64,000 nucleotides of DNA. Origin: Nitrosarchaeum sp. (GTDB taxonomy: Archaea > Thermoproteota > Nitrososphaeria > Nitrososphaerales > Nitrosopumilaceae). The notes below the pieces were generated by a model, which searched no databases, was not told where the DNA came from, and saw only the letters and a list, made by a program, of their open reading frames with translations. Shown here in pieces: positions 27,781 through 37,757 of the stretch. Position numbers and translations under genes: made by a program. Numbering within the stretch: position 1 is the first letter of the stretch; every line of letters begins with the position of its first letter. Location of the stretch: NCBI GenBank assembly GCA_965223865.1, contig OZ245020.1, positions 672,001-736,000 on the forward strand. Reading direction: 5' to 3'.

Positions 27781-28062
27781 TCATCCTTTGACAATTTCTA
27801 CATCCTGTTCCAAAACTAACGTTGAAATTATCTTATGCTCTTTATCAATTACTGACTGAATAAAATCTGCAAAAATTTCTACGTGATTTTCATCTTTTAG
27901 AAGAATACTGTGAGCTGATTTGTCCTTTAGGGAAACTACTAACTCATTTTCTATAACATTAAGAATTGATGTGATAAATGTCTCCTTTGCTTCTTTGATA
28001 AAAATTAGACTGGCAAGTTTTTGAGCCTCATATTTGTCTTCACAACTTACTCGAATTTTCAT
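27781..28062 (-). CDS. Hypothetical protein
   Basis: 93 aa, overlaps trpS stop by 4 nt. Confidence 0.65.
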   Translation of the reverse strand: MKIRVSCEDKYEAQKLASLIFIKEAKETFITSILNVIENELVVSLKDKSAHSILLKDENHVEIFADFIQSVIDKEHKIISTLVLEQDVEIVKG

Positions 28063-29171
28063 TTATTCTCAAAAAGAAATTGGTCTATCTGGTCTTTTGC
28101 TTTTTCTCTTTTTTCTTGATGCACAGAAAGGAATTGATTTATTTTTTCAATCAAAATAGCCTTTAACTCACCAGTTAACATTTTTCCAGATTTGTAATCC
28201 TCATAGATGGAATTGAGTTTGCCGTCGTCTGGTTCAAAGAATATTCTGAGATATTGATATGAAACATCAATGTCTGGATTTCCTCCTATCTTTCTATGTT
28301 GCTCTATATCTGGCTGTCCTCCTGAAAATGCATACTTGTTGATTTTCTTTTTTACAACATTTGGAGAGTCAGTAGTGTATACAGTTCCATTTTCATCAGA
28401 TGCTGACATCTTTCCACCAGGTCCTCCTAATCCTGGAATCATAATATTGTGAACCAGAGCAGGTTTGGGTTTTCCAATTTTTGGTGCAATGTCTCGAGTT
28501 AATCTGAAATGTGGATCCTGATCAACACCTAATGGAATCAAAACAGGTTTGTCTTCAATAAAACAGGGTGCCGATTGCAAAGATGTATAGAAAATCATTC
28601 CAATGTTGGTTTCGTTTGTAAATCCAAAGACTGCTTTAGTATTTGAAAAGTTTATTTTTTTTGCAACTTGAGCAGCTATTGGATATAGAGTTTGAATATT
28701 TTTTGTATTGATTATTATCTTAGTGTTTTCAGGTCTAAATCCAAGTGCAATGAAGTCAAGTGCATTTTCATAAGCAAATTTGCTGGTATCTTCCAAACTC
28801 AAATTTTGTTTTGAGAAGAATTTTTCATCATCAGTTAGTTGAAAATACATATTTACTCCAAATTTTTCCTGTAACCATTTTGCAAAAACCCATGGAACTA
28901 AATGACCAATATGAGTATGACCTGACGGACCACGGCCAGTATAAAGAAAGAATTTTTCTCCTTTTTCATAATCTTCTAAAATTCTACTCATCTCTCGATG
29001 TGAGAAAAAAATACCTCTTCTTAACATAAAATGGTCCTCTCCTGCAATTTTCTTTATTTTATCTAAAACTGCATTTGAAATTTTTTCAGTACCAAACTTC
29101 TTTATCAGTTTATCATAATCAATATCCCCTTCCACATGCCAAGGAGTTACAACAAAGTCATCAACTGACAT
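28059..29171 (-). CDS. trpS: Tryptophanyl-tRNA synthetase
   Basis: VTPW, YTGRGPS..THIGH, DQDPHFRLTRD, KMSAS. Confidence 0.97.
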   Translation of the reverse strand: MSVDDFVVTPWHVEGDIDYDKLIKKFGTEKISNAVLDKIKKIAGEDHFMLRRGIFFSHREMSRILEDYEKGEKFFLYTGRGPSGHTHIGHLVPWVFAKWLQEKFGVNMYFQLTDDEKFFSKQNLSLEDTSKFAYENALDFIALGFRPENTKIIINTKNIQTLYPIAAQVAKKINFSNTKAVFGFTNETNIGMIFYTSLQSAPCFIEDKPVLIPLGVDQDPHFRLTRDIAPKIGKPKPALVHNIMIPGLGGPGGKMSASDENGTVYTTDSPNVVKKKINKYAFSGGQPDIEQHRKIGGNPDIDVSYQYLRIFFEPDDGKLNSIYEDYKSGKMLTGELKAILIEKINQFLSVHQEKREKAKDQIDQFLFENK

Positions 29172-29222
29172 TTATTTTGACTTAGGTTAAGGTTTAAAAA
29201 GTCTTTTTCGAACTTTCTGCTG

Positions 29223-30611
29223 TTGTCACAAGTTTTTCATGAGATTGAAAAAAAAATTATCACAGCTCTAAAAGAGACTTCAAAACAATCAATGGAAGAA
29301 CTTGAAAAATCAACCAATCTTTCACCTGATCAAATTAGAAGAGGAATAGAGTGGCTTAGATTAAAGGACTTGGCAAATGTTAGTGAATCAAAAACCATTA
29401 CTCTTTCACTTGGGAAAAATGGTATTGAAGCATTTGAAAAAGGATTGCCTGAAAAAAGATTACTTGATTTACTAAAAGACACGCCAAAAAAAATCAAGGA
29501 TTTACAAAGAGAACTTGGTTCTATTTTTGGTCCAGCAATGGGTTTAGCACGAAAAAACAATTGGATTGAATCTTCAAATGATGAAATTATTTTAAAAAAC
29601 TATCCTGATAATCTCCCAGGAGAAAATACCATAAAAAAAATTGGAAAAGGCAAAGAACTCAAAAACCAGATTAATAAAAATGACTTAACTAGTCTTTTAA
29701 AAAGACCTGATTTTATAGTTGAGGAGGTAATATCCTCAAAGGAAATCTCTCTAACAGAGAATGCGAAATCCATTAAAATCTCTGAATCTCAAGGAGCCAT
29801 TGATGTTGAAGCCAAAGTTCCTGAGATATTTGTAGCAAGAACTCATCCTCTAAAAGATACGATTGATGAAATTCGGGAAATTTTTGTCACATTGGGATTC
29901 ACTGAAATCATTGGCAACCTGACTCAATCAAGCTTTTGGAATTTTGATGCATTATTTACTCCTCAAGATCATCCTGCAAGAGAATTACAAGATACATTCT
30001 ATCTTAATGGCATATCTGCAAAAAAGATTGGAACCTCAGAGCAGATAAGAAAAGTTTCTGAATCTCATAAGAAAGGATGGAATTATCTTTGGGATATTAA
30101 TGAAGCCAGAAAAGTGGTTTTACGAACTCATACGACTTGTGTAACGATTAAACATCTAGCAGAAAACAAACCTGATGAAGCAAGAGTTTTTTCACTGGGA
30201 CGCGTGTTCAGAAATGAAAAAGTTAGCTACAAACATCTCGTAGAATTTAATCAAATAGAAGGAGTTGTTGTAGGAAAAAATGCAACACTTCGAGACTTGA
30301 TGGGAATTCAAAGAGAATTCTATAAAAGGATTGGAATTACAAAAATAAAGTTCTGGCCTACATTTTTCCCATACACAGAACCATCTCTGCAAACAATGGT
30401 TTTCAATGACCGATTAGGAAAATGGGTAGAACTATTTGGGATGGGTATTTTTAGACCTGAAGTGACAAAACCCCTTGGAATCAATAAACCAGTTTTAGCT
30501 TGGGGTGGTGGGATAGAGAGAATTGCCATGTTAAAGTACGGTCTTGATGATGTAAGAGAATTTTACAATAATGATCTTAATTGGTTAAGGAGTGCAACAA
30601 ATTGCCAGTAG
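29223..30611 (+). CDS. pheS: Phenylalanyl-tRNA synthetase alpha subunit
   Basis: WNFDALF.PQDHPARE.QDTFY, LRTHTT, FRNE, FFPYTEPS, G.FRPEV. Confidence 0.97.
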   Translation: MSQVFHEIEKKIITALKETSKQSMEELEKSTNLSPDQIRRGIEWLRLKDLANVSESKTITLSLGKNGIEAFEKGLPEKRLLDLLKDTPKKIKDLQRELGSIFGPAMGLARKNNWIESSNDEIILKNYPDNLPGENTIKKIGKGKELKNQINKNDLTSLLKRPDFIVEEVISSKEISLTENAKSIKISESQGAIDVEAKVPEIFVARTHPLKDTIDEIREIFVTLGFTEIIGNLTQSSFWNFDALFTPQDHPARELQDTFYLNGISAKKIGTSEQIRKVSESHKKGWNYLWDINEARKVVLRTHTTCVTIKHLAENKPDEARVFSLGRVFRNEKVSYKHLVEFNQIEGVVVGKNATLRDLMGIQREFYKRIGITKIKFWPTFFPYTEPSLQTMVFNDRLGKWVELFGMGIFRPEVTKPLGINKPVLAWGGGIERIAMLKYGLDDVREFYNNDLNWLRSATNCQ

Positions 30612-32236
30612 TTGAATTATCTTATTCTAGACTCCAAAAATTAATTGGAAATGTTTCAAAAAAGCAAATATCTGACTCACTACCTTTTCTAGGATTGGAT
30701 ATTGAATCAGAAGAAGGAGATGTAGTTAGAGTAGAGTATAGTCCCAACAGACCTGATTATTCAACTGATTTTGGAATTACTCTTGGTTTGCAAGGATTAC
30801 TTGGAATTAAAACTGGAGCAATAAACTTGAAAATAAAAAAATCCAACTATTATACCCTTAATGTAAAACCAGGAGTATCAAAGATTCGTCCATTTGTCAC
30901 AGGAATTGTAGCCAAAAGCGGAAAGATAGATGACAAAATTATCAAACAATTAATGGTGATGCAAGAAGATCTTCATTTTGGCATTGGAAGAAAAAGAAAA
31001 AAATCTTCAATTGGAATCCATGACCTTGATAAAATTTCATTTCCCTTGACATATACTACAGCTAAAAGATCTTACAAGTTCATACCTCTAAATTCTGATG
31101 CTGAACTTTCAATTTCAGAAATTCTCAAAGACACAGATGTGGGAAAAGACTATGGAGATATTTTGGGAAACTCTTCTCAAGTTCCAATAATAATTGATTC
31201 AACACAAAAAACAGTGTCATTTCCGCCTATCATTAATGCTGCTGTTACGACTGTTACTACCAAAACAAAGAATCTCTTTGTAGAAGTTACTGGAATCAGT
31301 AAACAAGACGCTGAAGATATGCTTTCAATAGTTGCTACAATTCTTCAAACGGCAGGATTTTCTTTGGTAAACGTAAAAATTTCAGGTTCTAAAAACACCT
31401 CTCCAAAACTAGAATCAAAAAATATGACCATAACTCCAACTCTGATTAATCAAACCTTGGGATTGACTCTCAAAACTCCAAAAATTCTTTCATCACTAAA
31501 AAAATCAAGACTAGATGCAATATCAAAGGGTAAAAATATTGTTTGTACAATACCTTCATATCGATTTGATATTCTTGGGCCAATGGACTTGGTAGAAGAA
31601 GTTGCATTGGGTTTTGGAATTCAAAATTTAGAACCTGAATTGTCTCCATCTCAAACAATAGGACAAATAAATAATGTTTCAATGAATCTAAAATCTCTTT
31701 CACAAACAATGATTGGACTTGGATATTCTGAAGCCCTAAACTCTAGCTTAACAAGTAAACGAGTATTATATGAAATGATAAATAGAGAACCTAAAAAAAT
31801 TATCTCCGTTTTAGACTCGAAAAGCCAAGAGCATACAATTCTTCGTGATTCTATACTTCCTGAATTAATTGAAAATCTATCCCGTAACATTCATGCATCA
31901 TATCCTCAAAAATTGTTTGAGACTGGAACTATATTTTCAGAAGATAAACCTATCCAAGAAAAAATTAGTTTAGCAGGAATAAGTGCTCATCGAAATGCAA
32001 ATTTTACAGAAATAAAATCAATTTTACAGTCAGCATTAAAAATTGGATTAAACTTGGAAATTCAAACAAAAACTTCTTTTGATCCTATCTTTGAAGAAGG
32101 AAGATCTGCATCAATATTGATTAATGAAAAACCTGTTGGAATTATTGGCGAGATAAATTCAAAGACAATAGAAAATTACAAGATTCGTGTTCCTGTAGTT
32201 GGATTTGAAATTTCCCTTACTGGGATTATTGATTAA
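30602..32236 (+). CDS. pheT: Phenylalanyl-tRNA synthetase beta subunit
   Basis: PNRPD, QEDLH..IGRKRKK.SIGIHDLD, SFPPIIN, DLVEEVA. Likely TTG start at 30602. Confidence 0.95.
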   Translation: MPVVELSYSRLQKLIGNVSKKQISDSLPFLGLDIESEEGDVVRVEYSPNRPDYSTDFGITLGLQGLLGIKTGAINLKIKKSNYYTLNVKPGVSKIRPFVTGIVAKSGKIDDKIIKQLMVMQEDLHFGIGRKRKKSSIGIHDLDKISFPLTYTTAKRSYKFIPLNSDAELSISEILKDTDVGKDYGDILGNSSQVPIIIDSTQKTVSFPPIINAAVTTVTTKTKNLFVEVTGISKQDAEDMLSIVATILQTAGFSLVNVKISGSKNTSPKLESKNMTITPTLINQTLGLTLKTPKILSSLKKSRLDAISKGKNIVCTIPSYRFDILGPMDLVEEVALGFGIQNLEPELSPSQTIGQINNVSMNLKSLSQTMIGLGYSEALNSSLTSKRVLYEMINREPKKIISVLDSKSQEHTILRDSILPELIENLSRNIHASYPQKLFETGTIFSEDKPIQEKISLAGISAHRNANFTEIKSILQSALKIGLNLEIQTKTSFDPIFEEGRSASILINEKPVGIIGEINSKTIENYKIRVPVVGFEISLTGIID

Positions 32237-32340
32237 AGAAAAATCTGCTATTTTAAAATAATTCATAATTTTTATGCCTTATTTTACTATTCAAACAATG
32301 GACCTCAATAGTTTTTAGCAGAGTTTGGTTCTTTATTTAT

Positions 32341-32510
32341 TGCCCAAGAGCAGGCACGCAGACGGATTAGGATGATGTCGATCGTATTGATACCAATGAT
32401 TTCTAATTCACCCAGGTGTGCTACATTATGGGCAAACCCCGGTTAGAAAACCCAAGGAGGTTTTGGCTAAATACCAATGATCTTGTGCGAGTCAGAACCG
32501 GGGAACAATT
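32341..32510 (+). ncRNA. Candidate two-hairpin H/ACA-like structured RNA
   Basis: Stems TGCCCA/TGGGCA and CCCCGGTT/AACCGGGG, each with an internal loop and a K-turn-like ATACCAATGAT motif; ACA at 32505-32507 then a T-tract. Confidence 0.55.
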
Positions 32511-32559
32511 TTGTTTTTTAAAAAGCATAAAGCATGCTTGATCTTAGTGATAACTGAAA

Positions 32560-32979
32560 ATGGTAAAATATTGGCTAGCCAAACAAGAACCTAGTGGTCC
32601 TAGAGGATACAATTTTGAAAATCTAAAAAAAGACAAAAAAACAGTTTGGGATGGAGTCCACAACAATCTTGCACTAAAACATATGAGAGAGATGAAGCCA
32701 AAAGATCTGGTCTTGTTTTATCATACCGGTGATGAAAGACAAGCAGTTGGAATTATGGAAGTCGTCTCAAAACCATATCCAAATCCAGAAGAAGACAACG
32801 AGAGATTTATTGTAGTTGATGTCAAATACAAAAAACCGCTAAAAAAACCTGTAACTCTAAATGAAATGAAGAAACAGAAAAAATTTAAGGATTGGGAGCT
32901 CTTACGTATTTCAAGACTGTCTATGATGCCTGTTCCAAAGGAAATCTGGGATGAAATTATTCAGATTTCCCAAAACTAG
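32560..32979 (+). CDS. EVE domain protein
   Basis: YWLAKQEP, WDGVHN..A...MREMK..D.VLFYHTG, RISRLS.MPV. Confidence 0.92.
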   Translation: MVKYWLAKQEPSGPRGYNFENLKKDKKTVWDGVHNNLALKHMREMKPKDLVLFYHTGDERQAVGIMEVVSKPYPNPEEDNERFIVVDVKYKKPLKKPVTLNEMKKQKKFKDWELLRISRLSMMPVPKEIWDEIIQISQN

Positions 32980-33028
32980 TTTGGATTGAATCGGTTTATT
33001 GATATAGTCGATTTGTTTAATGTGATTT

Positions 33029-33268
33029 ATGGCAACAGCTTATGTGTTAATAAACTGTGAACTAGGTTCAGAAGAGGCTATTATTCAGCAACTTAAGGGT
33101 CTAGAAGGTGTAAAAGAAGTTCATGGAACTTTTGGTGCATACGATATCTTGGCCAAGATTGAATCTGACACTGTTGAAAAACTTAGAGAAACCATTACAT
33201 GGAAAATCAGAAAAATTGAGAAGATTCGATCGACACTAACCCTAATGGGTATAGAAGGTCAGACATAA
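33029..33268 (+). CDS. Stand-alone Lrp/AsnC ligand-binding domain protein (paralog of 2428-2667)
   Basis: 66 of 79 residues identical to 2428-2667 by manual alignment. Confidence 0.85.
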   Translation: MATAYVLINCELGSEEAIIQQLKGLEGVKEVHGTFGAYDILAKIESDTVEKLRETITWKIRKIEKIRSTLTLMGIEGQT

Positions 33269-33286
33269 ACACCCCCTTTTCTTATT

Positions 33287-33853
33287 ATGATTTTACATTT
33301 TATTTTTGTTGTAAAAGATGAAGATCTTGAAAAACGAAAACCAGAATTTGAGTATATCCAAAAAATGGCACAGTTTTTCAAAGTTTGGATTAAGGAAAAA
33401 TTCAATAAGGATTTTGATATTCGATGTGATGAATTAGTTACAAAACCAAGAACTTTGTTTCAGAAACTAGACACTCACACTATGTTACAAGATCACGAGC
33501 AACGAGGAAAAGAAATCTTTCATTTCTACTTGTGCCATTTTAGGCCATTGTGGACTGACTGTACCTGTGAAGGATATCATGCTGAAAATTTTGGAATGAT
33601 TTACTGGAAGCGTCCTACAAATCCCAATGATACCCTATTCCTTGCAGAGAAAAACTGTACCACAGTTTCTCATGAATTAGCACACGAACTCTTAAGGTCA
33701 ATTGGATACAAGAAATTCAAAGACGACGTTCATGAGATATGGAGCAAACACTTCTATGATCAGTTATACTTTGAACAATATGATTCTGATTTTAAAAAAA
33801 CAGATGGGAAACCAACCTTTCTTACAATTGATACCTCTGATCTAAAAATTTAG
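33287..33853 (+). CDS. Hypothetical protein with HExxH zincin motif
   Basis: VSHELAHE; Cys/His-rich. Confidence 0.65.
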   Translation: MILHFIFVVKDEDLEKRKPEFEYIQKMAQFFKVWIKEKFNKDFDIRCDELVTKPRTLFQKLDTHTMLQDHEQRGKEIFHFYLCHFRPLWTDCTCEGYHAENFGMIYWKRPTNPNDTLFLAEKNCTTVSHELAHELLRSIGYKKFKDDVHEIWSKHFYDQLYFEQYDSDFKKTDGKPTFLTIDTSDLKI

Positions 33854-33887
33854 TATTTTTAAAATTCAAATTTTAGGATTTTTCTCA

Positions 33888-34520
33888 CTAACACTTTGTT
33901 ACTGAATAGATATTATTTTCAAAGTTTGCTGTCTTAAAATCTAGTTTGTTTTCAGGATCATTTGTTCTTGATTTGCTCAGGTTTTCTAGCTCAACTAATG
34001 CATCTCCTCTGAATCCTACTGAAGATCCATAAATTGCATCAGTTAACATAGTTCCATGATCTCCTTTCTTAATATCATCTACCATCTCATAGAATCTTGT
34101 AGTTTCTTTTTTGTTTACAGGGTTTCCAGTTGCTTTGTTGTAAGCAACTGAAATATACATTCCATTATTTTTTACCGCTACTGGAATCTTGTGATTTTTA
34201 CCGCTAACACCTGGAATGGTCTCATTAACTAAAACTTCACATTTGTGATACATGCTAGATACATAGGCAAAGAATCTGTATTGTGCAAATTTTCCTGCCT
34301 TGTCTTCTTCACATTCGACAAATACCTTATGTAATAACTCTAGGGCATCATCATTCATACTTTGCAGTCTATCATCAATTCTTCCTCTTTCAAGAAGATC
34401 TGACTTGCATTCTTTTGCAACTAACTCTAAAATAAAATCCGGTAAATTGTAATTTTTTAGTGCAGCTACAAATGCTCCTGCCTGTGACATACCAAATTTT
34501 GGAAAACCTTTATTCACCAT
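33888..34520 (-). CDS. Hypothetical protein, possible degenerate Mrr-like nuclease fold
   Basis: IPGVSGKNHKIPVAV resembles the G.SG..H.IDV motif. Confidence 0.55.
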   Translation of the reverse strand: MVNKGFPKFGMSQAGAFVAALKNYNLPDFILELVAKECKSDLLERGRIDDRLQSMNDDALELLHKVFVECEEDKAGKFAQYRFFAYVSSMYHKCEVLVNETIPGVSGKNHKIPVAVKNNGMYISVAYNKATGNPVNKKETTRFYEMVDDIKKGDHGTMLTDAIYGSSVGFRGDALVELENLSKSRTNDPENKLDFKTANFENNIYSVTKC

Positions 34521-34672
34521 ATCAATACTCCCTCAGAATTTTGTAACTCCCAACAATCAATTAGGAAGCTGCTTTTGGCTTATAATTGTTAAGGAATTTT
34601 TCAATATATTATGATATTTTTCATTAATTTAGAATTGATAATATTAAATTCCCGATAAATTAACATTCTCTC

Positions 34673-36940
34673 ATGGAAATAGAGACAACTTCTGAAATGG
34701 TTTCAAAAGTTTACAAAAAATTAAAAGAAAATTCAGAAAAATATCGAAAAGTTGTACAAAGGCCTCTCACTCTTACTGAAAAAATTTTGTCGGGACACTT
34801 GCAAGATGTAGGTGAAAAAAGTCTTGATGGAGGAAAAAATTATGTTTTTCTTAGACCTGATAGAGTTGCCCTTCAAGACGTTACAGGACAAATGGTAATG
34901 CTTCAATTCATGCAAGCAGGACTAAAACAATCCACACTACCCACAACCGTACACTGTGATCATCTAATTCGAGCTCAAGTTGAAGGAGATATTGACATGA
35001 AGGTCTCTCTGGATGAAAATAGCGAAGTATTCAAATTCTTGCAATCAGCTGCTGCAAAGTATGGCTGTGGGTTTTGGAAGCCTGGTGCAGGAATAATTCA
35101 TCAAGTGGTTTTAGAAAATTATGCATTCCCTGGTGGATTGATGATTGGTACTGACTCTCATACACCAAATGCCGGAGGACTTGGAATGATAGCAGTTGGA
35201 GTCGGTGGTCTGGATGCTGCTGAGACGATGGCTGGCATGCCTTGGGAATTGTTGTATCCAAAGAGAATCGGCGTTAGACTTACTGGTGAGTTAAATGGTT
35301 GGACTGCTCCTAAAGATATCATACTCAAAGTTGCCGAACAATTAACAGTTTCAGGAGGGACAAATTCAATTGTAGAATATTTTGGTCCGGGAGCTGAATC
35401 TATTAGTTGCACTGGAAAGGCTACTATCACGAACATGGGAGCAGAAATTGGAGCAACATGCTCAATTTTTCCATATGATAAAAGAATGGAAACTTATCTG
35501 AATTATACTAATAGAGAAAAGATTGCCGAACTTGCAAATCAATACAAGGACTTGTTAGTAGCTGATCCAGAAGTTGAAGAAAATCCAGAAAAATTCTTTG
35601 ATAAAGTCATTGACATTAATCTATCCACTCTGGAGCCTCATATTGTAGGTCCGCATACTCCAGATTTGGCAAGATCAATTTCGGACTTGGCAAGCGATGT
35701 ACAATCTAATGATTACATTGATCCAATCTCTGTTGCATTAATTGGAAGTTGCACAAACTCATCTTATGAAGACATGTCAAGAGCTGCAAGTCTAGCTGAA
35801 CAAGCAAAATCAAAGGGCATTAAAGCAAAAATTCCATTATTAGTTACTCCTGGTTCGGAGCAAATACGAGGAACTATTGAAAGAGATGGACAAATGGACT
35901 CTCTCAAAGACATTGGTGCAACAGTATTGGCAAATGCCTGTGGTCCTTGTATTGGACAATGGTCAAGACCAGAACTAGAAAATGATGATAAAAATACAAT
36001 TGTTACCACCTTTAATCGAAATTTTCCTGGACGAAATGATGGACACAGAAACACTCTGAATTTTATTGGAAGCCCTGAAATGATAATTGCTCTAGCCTTA
36101 GGTGGTCGTTTATCATTTAACCCACTCAAAGATCAATTAACTGCAGCAGATGGAACCCTATTCAAACTTGAACCTCCAAAACCTGCACCTGAGGTTCCAT
36201 CTGAAGGCTTTATGCGACCAGAGGGAATCTATGTTGCCCCTCCAGCAAACTCTGATGATCTTGATGTGATTATTGATCCTAACAGCAAGCGTCTACAACG
36301 ATTAGAACCTTTTTCAAAATGGGATGGAAAAGACTTTGAATCTATTCATATAATGGTAAAGGCCAAAGGAAAATGTACTACTGATCATATCTCACCAGCT
36401 GGAGCTTGGCTTTCTCTGAGAGGTCACCTGGATAATCTTAGCGATAATATGCTGTTGGGTGCTGTAAATGCATTTAATGACAAAGTAGGTGAGGGCAAAA
36501 ATCATCTAACAGGAAATATTGAAAACTTTGCAAAAATTGCAAGGCAGTACAAAGAAAAAAACATGAGATGGATAATTATTGGAGACAACAACTATGGAGA
36601 AGGCAGCAGCAGAGAGCATGCAGCTATGACCCCAAGACATCTGGGATGTGCCGCAGTGATTACAAAAAGTTTTGCTAGAATTCATGAAACAAATCTGAAA
36701 AAGCAAGGAGTCTTGGCATTAACCTTTGCAAATCCAGATGACTACAACAAAATTCAAGAAAACGACAAAATCAGTCTTGTGAAATTAAATGAAATAGAAC
36801 CACAAAAACAAATCAGTTGCATTTTAAATCATAGTGATGGTCCTCAAGAAGAAATCCTACTAAACCATTCATACAACAAAGCTCAGATTGAATGGTTCAA
36901 GGCAGGTTCTGCACTAAATGTTCTAAGAAACAAAACTTAG
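34673..36940 (+). CDS. acnA: Aconitate hydratase (mitochondrial-type)
   Basis: PDRVALQD.TGQM, HCDH, GTDSHT, IGSCTNSSYED, CGPCIGQW, TTDHISPAG, GSSREHAA. Confidence 0.96.
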   Translation: MEIETTSEMVSKVYKKLKENSEKYRKVVQRPLTLTEKILSGHLQDVGEKSLDGGKNYVFLRPDRVALQDVTGQMVMLQFMQAGLKQSTLPTTVHCDHLIRAQVEGDIDMKVSLDENSEVFKFLQSAAAKYGCGFWKPGAGIIHQVVLENYAFPGGLMIGTDSHTPNAGGLGMIAVGVGGLDAAETMAGMPWELLYPKRIGVRLTGELNGWTAPKDIILKVAEQLTVSGGTNSIVEYFGPGAESISCTGKATITNMGAEIGATCSIFPYDKRMETYLNYTNREKIAELANQYKDLLVADPEVEENPEKFFDKVIDINLSTLEPHIVGPHTPDLARSISDLASDVQSNDYIDPISVALIGSCTNSSYEDMSRAASLAEQAKSKGIKAKIPLLVTPGSEQIRGTIERDGQMDSLKDIGATVLANACGPCIGQWSRPELENDDKNTIVTTFNRNFPGRNDGHRNTLNFIGSPEMIIALALGGRLSFNPLKDQLTAADGTLFKLEPPKPAPEVPSEGFMRPEGIYVAPPANSDDLDVIIDPNSKRLQRLEPFSKWDGKDFESIHIMVKAKGKCTTDHISPAGAWLSLRGHLDNLSDNMLLGAVNAFNDKVGEGKNHLTGNIENFAKIARQYKEKNMRWIIIGDNNYGEGSSREHAAMTPRHLGCAAVITKSFARIHETNLKKQGVLALTFANPDDYNKIQENDKISLVKLNEIEPQKQISCILNHSDGPQEEILLNHSYNKAQIEWFKAGSALNVLRNKT

Positions 36941-36950
36941 GATTCTAACG

Positions 36951-37105
36951 TGGGGCCGACCGGAATCGAACCGGCGACCTACGGGTCACTACAGCTCCAA
37001 ACTTACATCATCCGTTAGTCAGTTTTAGCTTAGTTTAACCTCTGGAGCCCTTAGCGGTGATCTATTCGTAGACACTGTCGCCCTACCAGGCTAGGCTACG
37101 ACCCC
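36951..37105 (-). tRNA. tRNA-Trp(CCA) with two introns (37051-37076 in the anticodon stem; 36987-37041 at 37/38)
   Basis: Removing 26-nt and 55-nt inserts gives a 74-nt cloverleaf with ACGGG-CT-CCA-GA-CCCGT. Confidence 0.88.
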
Positions 37106-37192
37106 ACGATCATGAATGAAATGGACTTGAATTTTAAGTTATTTTAACCAAGATTTATTTGCGAATTAAAGGAAAAAATTTGTAACAAAATC

Positions 37193-37726
37193 ATGGTAAA
37201 ACCAATCCTTTTAGCAATAGGTGCAATTCCAGTTATTCTTGCAATTTTAATTGCAATTCCATTAATAACAAAACCCGAAATTCCTTTTTCAGCAGCTAAT
37301 CCAAGTGATAGAATTGAAATTGAATACACAAAGCATCAACTAACAAAAATATCAAACAGCATAACAGATAGAGTCATTTCACAAAAATCAGAAATTCTTG
37401 TAATTGAGAACAACGGTGAAGTAAGATACACTTTAACTGAAGCAGGATATCCAAATCCGGAAATCCGGTCTAATATAGATGAAACCAAACATAAAAAACT
37501 AAAGGCATTAATCAAAGAGACTGGATTTGTTGCAATTCCCTCAGAGTCATTTCCTATTTTAGAAAATGTAACAAAATATCAAAAATCGAGTGTCAAAGTC
37601 ACTGTAAATGCTCAAGTAAACCAAATTCACTGGCCTGAACAAAACGCAACTGCCAAATTCATTCCGCCAATTATAACAATGGTTGAATCTCAACTAGATC
37701 AAATCATAAAGCAAGTTAGTGAATAG
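37193..37726 (+). CDS. Membrane-anchored hypothetical protein
   Basis: N-terminal hydrophobic helix. Confidence 0.65.
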   Translation: MVKPILLAIGAIPVILAILIAIPLITKPEIPFSAANPSDRIEIEYTKHQLTKISNSITDRVISQKSEILVIENNGEVRYTLTEAGYPNPEIRSNIDETKHKKLKALIKETGFVAIPSESFPILENVTKYQKSSVKVTVNAQVNQIHWPEQNATAKFIPPIITMVESQLDQIIKQVSE

Positions 37727-37757
37727 GTACAAATAGCCTTCAGGTAAGACTCTGTGC

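Noticed and set aside
5968-32979. ASCH and EVE proteins as readers of Dam methylation
   Set aside because: Both PUA-like genes are unlinked to dam (more than 10 kb away) and nothing in the sequence ties them together
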